A stretch of 64,000 nt of DNA from a bacterium (GTDB lineage: Bacteria > SAR324 > XYD2-FULL-50-16): assembly GCA_024275165.1 (NCBI GenBank), contig JAJRZQ010000036.1, forward strand, positions 16,293 to 80,292, given 5' to 3'. Made by a program: the position numbers and the translations under genes. Positions 59,583-64,000 of this stretch are shown in pieces. Within the stretch, counting starts at the first letter, position 1. Each line of letters begins with the position of its first letter. The notes under the pieces were generated by a model. It saw nothing but the letters and a program-made list of their open reading frames with translations, was not told the DNA's origin and made no database searches.

Positions 59583-60455
59583 TTACAATCCTTTTATCGA
59601 ACCGACCTGGTACTTTCTACGGTGATTTTTGACCCAGAGGGAAAGGAAGATTCCCCCCAAGATCAAAAAGGCACTGAGAATCAATTGCAAATCAACAGGC
59701 TCTTGTAAAAACAGTACCCCTCCCAGCACCGCAAGCAAAGGAACCGAGAGCTGCAAAATCGCCGCAGTAGAAAGGGCCAGCCTCCGCAACGCGAGATACC
59801 AGAGCAGATACCCCAGCCCCGAAGTCACCGCCCCCGACAGCATCGCCAAGACGACTCCCGTAAAACTCCATAAAGGGGGCCCCTGCAACAACAAAAGAAT
59901 CAGCAGCCCCAAGGGCGCGGCAAAGAGAAAATTTTTCGCAGTGGCAAAAAAGGGATTGGGGACCGCTTGCCCCCAAACCGAATAGAACCCCCAGGCGGCC
60001 CCTGCAATCGCCATGAACAAAGAAGCGAGCAGAGAAGGGGTTTGCAACCCGGGAGAAAGCATATAGGCAAGCCCCGAAAAGGTCAGCCCCAGCCCCAACC
60101 ATTCCCCTCGACTCATTGGTTTCCCTTGATAAAGGGAAACCCCGATCATGGTCACCTGCACCACCGCAAAGAGAATTAAAGCGCCGCTGCCCGCGTCAAT
60201 CCGCACATAGGCCAAGGAAAAAAAATAGGCGTAGACAAATAGAGCCAGGGCCTCCTTCCAACCGGTCCGCAACCAGGTGTTTTTTTGCGGGGAGTGAAAT
60301 AAAAAAACCGGCAACAATACCACACAACCCGATAGAATACGGATGGAGGTGAATTCAACGGGGCCGATTTCATTCTCCTTTAAAGCCAAACGACAAAGAA
60401 TGGAGTTCGCCGCAAAGGCCGTGAGACTAAAAAGACTAAGAAAAAAAACCCCCAT
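59583..60455 (-). CDS. DMT/EamA family transporter
   Basis: AFAANSILCRLAL, FTSIR, FFSLAY, SGAVTSGLGY..WY, LQLSVP; likely start at ATG 60455. Confidence 0.9.
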   Translation of the reverse strand: MGVFFLSLFSLTAFAANSILCRLALKENEIGPVEFTSIRILSGCVVLLPVFLFHSPQKNTWLRTGWKEALALFVYAYFFSLAYVRIDAGSGALILFAVVQVTMIGVSLYQGKPMSRGEWLGLGLTFSGLAYMLSPGLQTPSLLASLFMAIAGAAWGFYSVWGQAVPNPFFATAKNFLFAAPLGLLILLLLQGPPLWSFTGVVLAMLSGAVTSGLGYLLWYLALRRLALSTAAILQLSVPLLAVLGGVLFLQEPVDLQLILSAFLILGGIFLSLWVKNHRRKYQVGSIKGL

Positions 60456-60468
60456 GGGCTGAGGCCGA

Positions 60469-61533
60469 TTAACAGCCACAGTTTTCTGGGCTTGCGCCTG
60501 CCTCGCTAAAGGGGAAATGTCCCCCGCAGCCCGGAAAAATACCGTAATGGGTGGAAAAATCGCCAAAAAACTCAAAATATGGGGCAAAGCGAGTTTCTTT
60601 CAACATTAAATAGCTGTTCCCACAAACCAATTCGATTTTGCCCTTTTCAAAACAATGACCCTGATCCAACTTAAAGAGCCGCTCCATCCCCGGAACCCCG
60701 CCCAAATAGCGGACAGCCTGCCCGTAATCCTCGCAATCCGGCTCCAACTGAGGCAACTTGATCAACCGACAGGTTACGGAAAAAAAGTTAATCCCCTCTA
60801 AAGCCTTTTGCGCCCCTTCATTCTCAATGGTAATGGGGCTATGCTCCACCCAGCGAGGGTCGGTGAAACCGGCCAATTTAGCGTAATGAAGAAAGTCGCC
60901 CCAATATAAGGCCCCTGAAAGACATTCTCCATACAAAACAGGATCGTTTTTTGAGGCAACGGGGACCCGGCGATGGGCATAAACATCGGAAAAATACAAC
61001 TCTCCTCCGGTTTTTAAGATGCGATAGGCCTCTTTCAATACCGCCAACTTATCTTCAACCAAGTTGATCACGCAATTAGAAACAATCAGGTCTTGGCTTT
61101 CTTTTAAAATCCGCAGGGCGGCCAGGTTTTGAATATCCCCTTCTAAAAACTCGATATTGGCCTGGGCATACCCAAACTGCTGGGTATGATAGTCAATATG
61201 CTTTCTTGCCACGGCAAGTTGCTCTGGGGTCATATCCACCCCGATCACATGACCGCTTTCCCCCACGAGCCGACTTAAAATATAAGAATCCCTGCCGGAA
61301 CCGGAACCTAAATCAAGGACCCGCAACCCTGCCAGTTTTTTAGGAATGGTCAAACCGCAGCCATAGAACTTCTCGACCACTTCGGGATGAATTTGCTTGA
61401 TGATTCTTTTAATTTCATCTGGATAGCTCGCTGTTGAGCAGCATGCGTTGGTCAGGAGGTCTTCTGTTTTATGTAGGGTTTTCCCATAATATTCTTGAAC
61501 TTCTTTTTTATGGTCTTTGCCGGACAGATTCAT
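60469..61533 (-). CDS. arsM: Arsenite S-adenosylmethionine methyltransferase
   Basis: VQEYYG, NACC, FYGCG, LDLGSGSGRD, GVDMT, SNCVINL, YGECLSGAL, terminal CGC. Confidence 0.88.
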   Translation of the reverse strand: MNLSGKDHKKEVQEYYGKTLHKTEDLLTNACCSTASYPDEIKRIIKQIHPEVVEKFYGCGLTIPKKLAGLRVLDLGSGSGRDSYILSRLVGESGHVIGVDMTPEQLAVARKHIDYHTQQFGYAQANIEFLEGDIQNLAALRILKESQDLIVSNCVINLVEDKLAVLKEAYRILKTGGELYFSDVYAHRRVPVASKNDPVLYGECLSGALYWGDFLHYAKLAGFTDPRWVEHSPITIENEGAQKALEGINFFSVTCRLIKLPQLEPDCEDYGQAVRYLGGVPGMERLFKLDQGHCFEKGKIELVCGNSYLMLKETRFAPYFEFFGDFSTHYGIFPGCGGHFPFSEAGASPENCGC

Positions 61534-61554
61534 TTTATTTTTTCTTTTTTTAGG

Positions 61555-63312
61555 TTATTTGTTTATTTCGTTAAAAATCAGATTCATGCGGTCTTGGACT
61601 TCTAAAAAGGCAGACCATACCGCTGGGCTAAAGCGGTCTGAGCCCGTAATTCCGGTGCGATCATCTTCGGATAAAATACGGAAGGTTTTCTCATGGGAAA
61701 ATTCCGGTTTGTATTGCCTTGAACTACGCAAAGCATCGTAGCTATCAGCCAATCCAACAATCAAAGCCTCAACGGGAATTTCATCCCCCTTTAAGGGAGA
61801 CAACTCCCGATAGCTTGCCAGATCATTGCTCAACTCAGCTTGCTGGTGATTAGGTTGAAGCAAGTTGGGGTAGCCCGCTCCATTGTAGGATTGATGATGG
61901 TGCAGGGCGATATTAAAGGCCAGCTCTAGTTTTGGGTCTTGCTGCGAGGCAAAGTTCATCATGGTTTGGATAATTTTCGCCCCAAAAATCGTATGCATTT
62001 GCATTTTTTCTCTTTGTTCCAGGTTATATTTCCCCGAAAACTTGATTAAATCGGGCATGGCAACCTTTCCAATATCATGTAAAGCGGCGACTTGAGAAAT
62101 AGACTTAATAAAGCGAGGCGACATCTGCATTTGCTCGGCAAGCAAGGCGGAATACCGGTTGACCCGCAAGATGTGCTTGCCTGTAATCTCGTCGCTAAAT
62201 TCAGCGGCAGCGCAAAGCCCCATGACCTTTTGCAAAAATTGCTCTTCATTTTTAATCGCCAAGTCAACTAAAAAAAAGAGAGAATGGGAGGTATTCATGA
62301 GGGAATGAAGAAATAATTCATCCTCTTGGTTTTCTTGATTTTTAGACTGAATCTTATTGAAGGCAATAATGGAAGTATCCCCCTCATGGTAATTGATAAA
62401 GTGCCGAATGGGCTCACCTACAAAGGTTTTAATCCTAGGGTCAAAGGGATATTTTTGTTCAAAATCCTCTTGTGTCATGTCCTCGGTTTTTTGGGCTTGC
62501 ACCAGCCGTTGCTGCTTGCGCGAAAGAAGGATCGGGGCGGAAGAATCAAACTCTAAGGCAATCGCTTCTGAACGGATCAGTTCTGCTTCTTGATACTTGC
62601 TGGCTTGCCCAATCCAATTGCCGCTCTTGTCTTTCAGGGCAATAAAGGTGGCCTGATAACCCATCCCCAAAATAAAGGGGGCCAAGCGCTGGTAGATATC
62701 TGATTTTTGGGTGAAGTCTTCTAACTGCCGGATAATTTGATCGCTATAATTGGAAATAGCGAAAATACGCTCATGTAGTCTTTTGACCGAGGAGATATTA
62801 TCCATCCATACTAAGATGCTATCCTCCCCCCCCGCATAGAGCAGGCGTTTCACCTTAACCGCATACCACAAATGGCTTTGCTCTGCGTAAAATTCAAAAA
62901 CCTGAATTTGCTTTTTCTTAGAATAAAAATGCTCCACCATTGTTTTTACAGCGGTCTCACTAAGGTATTGGGCTAGGTTAGAAACCCCTAAGCTGGCAAA
63001 ATACTTCTGGGTCTTGCCCATCGCCAAAACAATTTCACCCCTATGATCCATCACAAAGGCGGGGTCTTTTCGCTCTAAGGGAAGCATGGCAAGCAAGGCT
63101 TGAAACCTGTTTTTGTATTTTACGCTGGAACGAGAAAAAACCTGAACCAAAAAGGGAATGACAAAACCCATCGGAGTCGCAAAAATATTCCCCGTGCCAA
63201 ACCAATTGATGCTGCCCCCGATTAAGGCCGCGTTGAACAAGATTTGAGGGTTCGCCATTTCCTGAATGAAAAAACGATAAAACGGTTGTACCGGGTTTTT
63301 TAGCATAAACAA
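61555..63312 (-). CDS. Membrane-associated HD-GYP phosphodiesterase
   Basis: TGKHILRV, LHDIGK, HHHQSYNGAGYP, ADSYDALRS.RQYK. Confidence 0.9.
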   Translation of the reverse strand: MFMLKNPVQPFYRFFIQEMANPQILFNAALIGGSINWFGTGNIFATPMGFVIPFLVQVFSRSSVKYKNRFQALLAMLPLERKDPAFVMDHRGEIVLAMGKTQKYFASLGVSNLAQYLSETAVKTMVEHFYSKKKQIQVFEFYAEQSHLWYAVKVKRLLYAGGEDSILVWMDNISSVKRLHERIFAISNYSDQIIRQLEDFTQKSDIYQRLAPFILGMGYQATFIALKDKSGNWIGQASKYQEAELIRSEAIALEFDSSAPILLSRKQQRLVQAQKTEDMTQEDFEQKYPFDPRIKTFVGEPIRHFINYHEGDTSIIAFNKIQSKNQENQEDELFLHSLMNTSHSLFFLVDLAIKNEEQFLQKVMGLCAAAEFSDEITGKHILRVNRYSALLAEQMQMSPRFIKSISQVAALHDIGKVAMPDLIKFSGKYNLEQREKMQMHTIFGAKIIQTMMNFASQQDPKLELAFNIALHHHQSYNGAGYPNLLQPNHQQAELSNDLASYRELSPLKGDEIPVEALIVGLADSYDALRSSRQYKPEFSHEKTFRILSEDDRTGITGSDRFSPAVWSAFLEVQDRMNLIFNEINK

Positions 63313-63316
63313 GTCC

Positions 63317-64000
63317 CTATTCGATTCGGTTTGGAGTTACTATTTTATTTATGGGCTTAAAACTTAAGGCATCCTTGGGGCAAATGTCGATACAACCACC
63401 GCAACCGATACAAAGGGTTTGGTTTAAGCCAAAACTACCTTGGATCGGAGTTTTATCCTTGTGCGCGTATTGAGCTACATCAATCCCCATCGGGCAGGCC
63501 TGGGAACAGAGGTTTAAGCCTTTGCAATTTTCATTGGCCACCACTTCAAACTTAGACCCGGCGTAGCGACCAAAGAGTTCCATCCCCTTAGCCAAGGGGC
63601 AACCAAAGCGGCACCAAACGCGAGTGCCCAAAAAAGGATAGGCCCCTACCCCCACCAAAGCGCCAAAAATATAATCCACGGCAATATCTTGATAGTACTT
63701 TCCCGCTAAAAGTAAAGATTCGGCGGTAAATAATTTGAGCATATCAAAAAAAAGAACAAATCCATAGGCCAAACCGAGAATCAGCAAGAGGGTTTGCAAA
63801 GGTTCTGTTTTTTTGGCTCTTGGGCTCGTGGGGGTTTTATGTTTGACCCAGTTCTTGCCCCAAGAGGTCACCCCGATGGTTTCGGCCAAGTTGCCGCAGG
63901 CGCAAAACCAGGAACAATATCGCTTGCCAAAAAACCAGACCGAAAGGGGAACCAAACCAAAAACATAAAAAATCCCTCCCCAAGAAGTAAAGGCTTTGGA
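63317..64000 (-). CDS. Membrane 4Fe-4S binding protein (NapH/CcoG-like; 5' end outside window)
   Basis: YCSWFC, WCRFGCP, CKGLNLCSQACP, CIGCGGCIDICP. Confidence 0.85.
   Translation of the reverse strand, partial: SKAFTSWGGIFYVFGLVPLSVWFFGKRYCSWFCACGNLAETIGVTSWGKNWVKHKTPTSPRAKKTEPLQTLLLILGLAYGFVLFFDMLKLFTAESLLLAGKYYQDIAVDYIFGALVGVGAYPFLGTRVWCRFGCPLAKGMELFGRYAGSKFEVVANENCKGLNLCSQACPMGIDVAQYAHKDKTPIQGSFGLNQTLCIGCGGCIDICPKDALSFKPINKIVTPNRIE

Noticed and set aside
60456..60587. Long overlap between arsM and the DMT ORF
   Set aside because: The DMT gene most likely starts at ATG 60455, 13 bp after the arsM stop

Overview
A 64 kb bacterial chromosome window of about 50% GC, probably deltaproteobacteria-like; SAR324/'Lambdaproteobacteria' is a guess that cannot be confirmed here. 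Housekeeping genes include rpsA, class II DAHP synthase, panB, dcd, tgt, rnr, fusA, mqnA, cinA, rpsU, lipA and comF. They are mixed with many signalling genes: hybrid kinases, an MCP, CheY, a CheA-like protein and two HD-GYP proteins. Two candidate systems stand out. (1) At 27.9-31.7 kb, a DUF2946/CruR/CutF-like leader protein (signal peptide, His-rich, CxxC, terminal RGPP arrest motif) is followed by a multi-stem RNA. It heads an operon of a Met-rich YtkA-like lipoprotein, a Cys-Cys outer-membrane barrel and a CxxC lipoprotein. This is a candidate ribosome-stalling-controlled copper uptake system that lacks the usual TonB receptor or oxidase. (2) At 54.3-64 kb, a co-oriented cluster carries ArsM, a DMT transporter, TIGR04283-like GT2 and GT-C glycosyltransferases, a cytochrome c lipoprotein with a tandem NPC/Met/His tail, and a pentaheme cytochrome. 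The window also has a ~210 bp MITE family whose ends match a decayed IS5, a lipoprotein gene bounded exactly by IS-type ends, and five single-site lesions in otherwise intact genes. No tRNA, rRNA or CRISPR array was seen.
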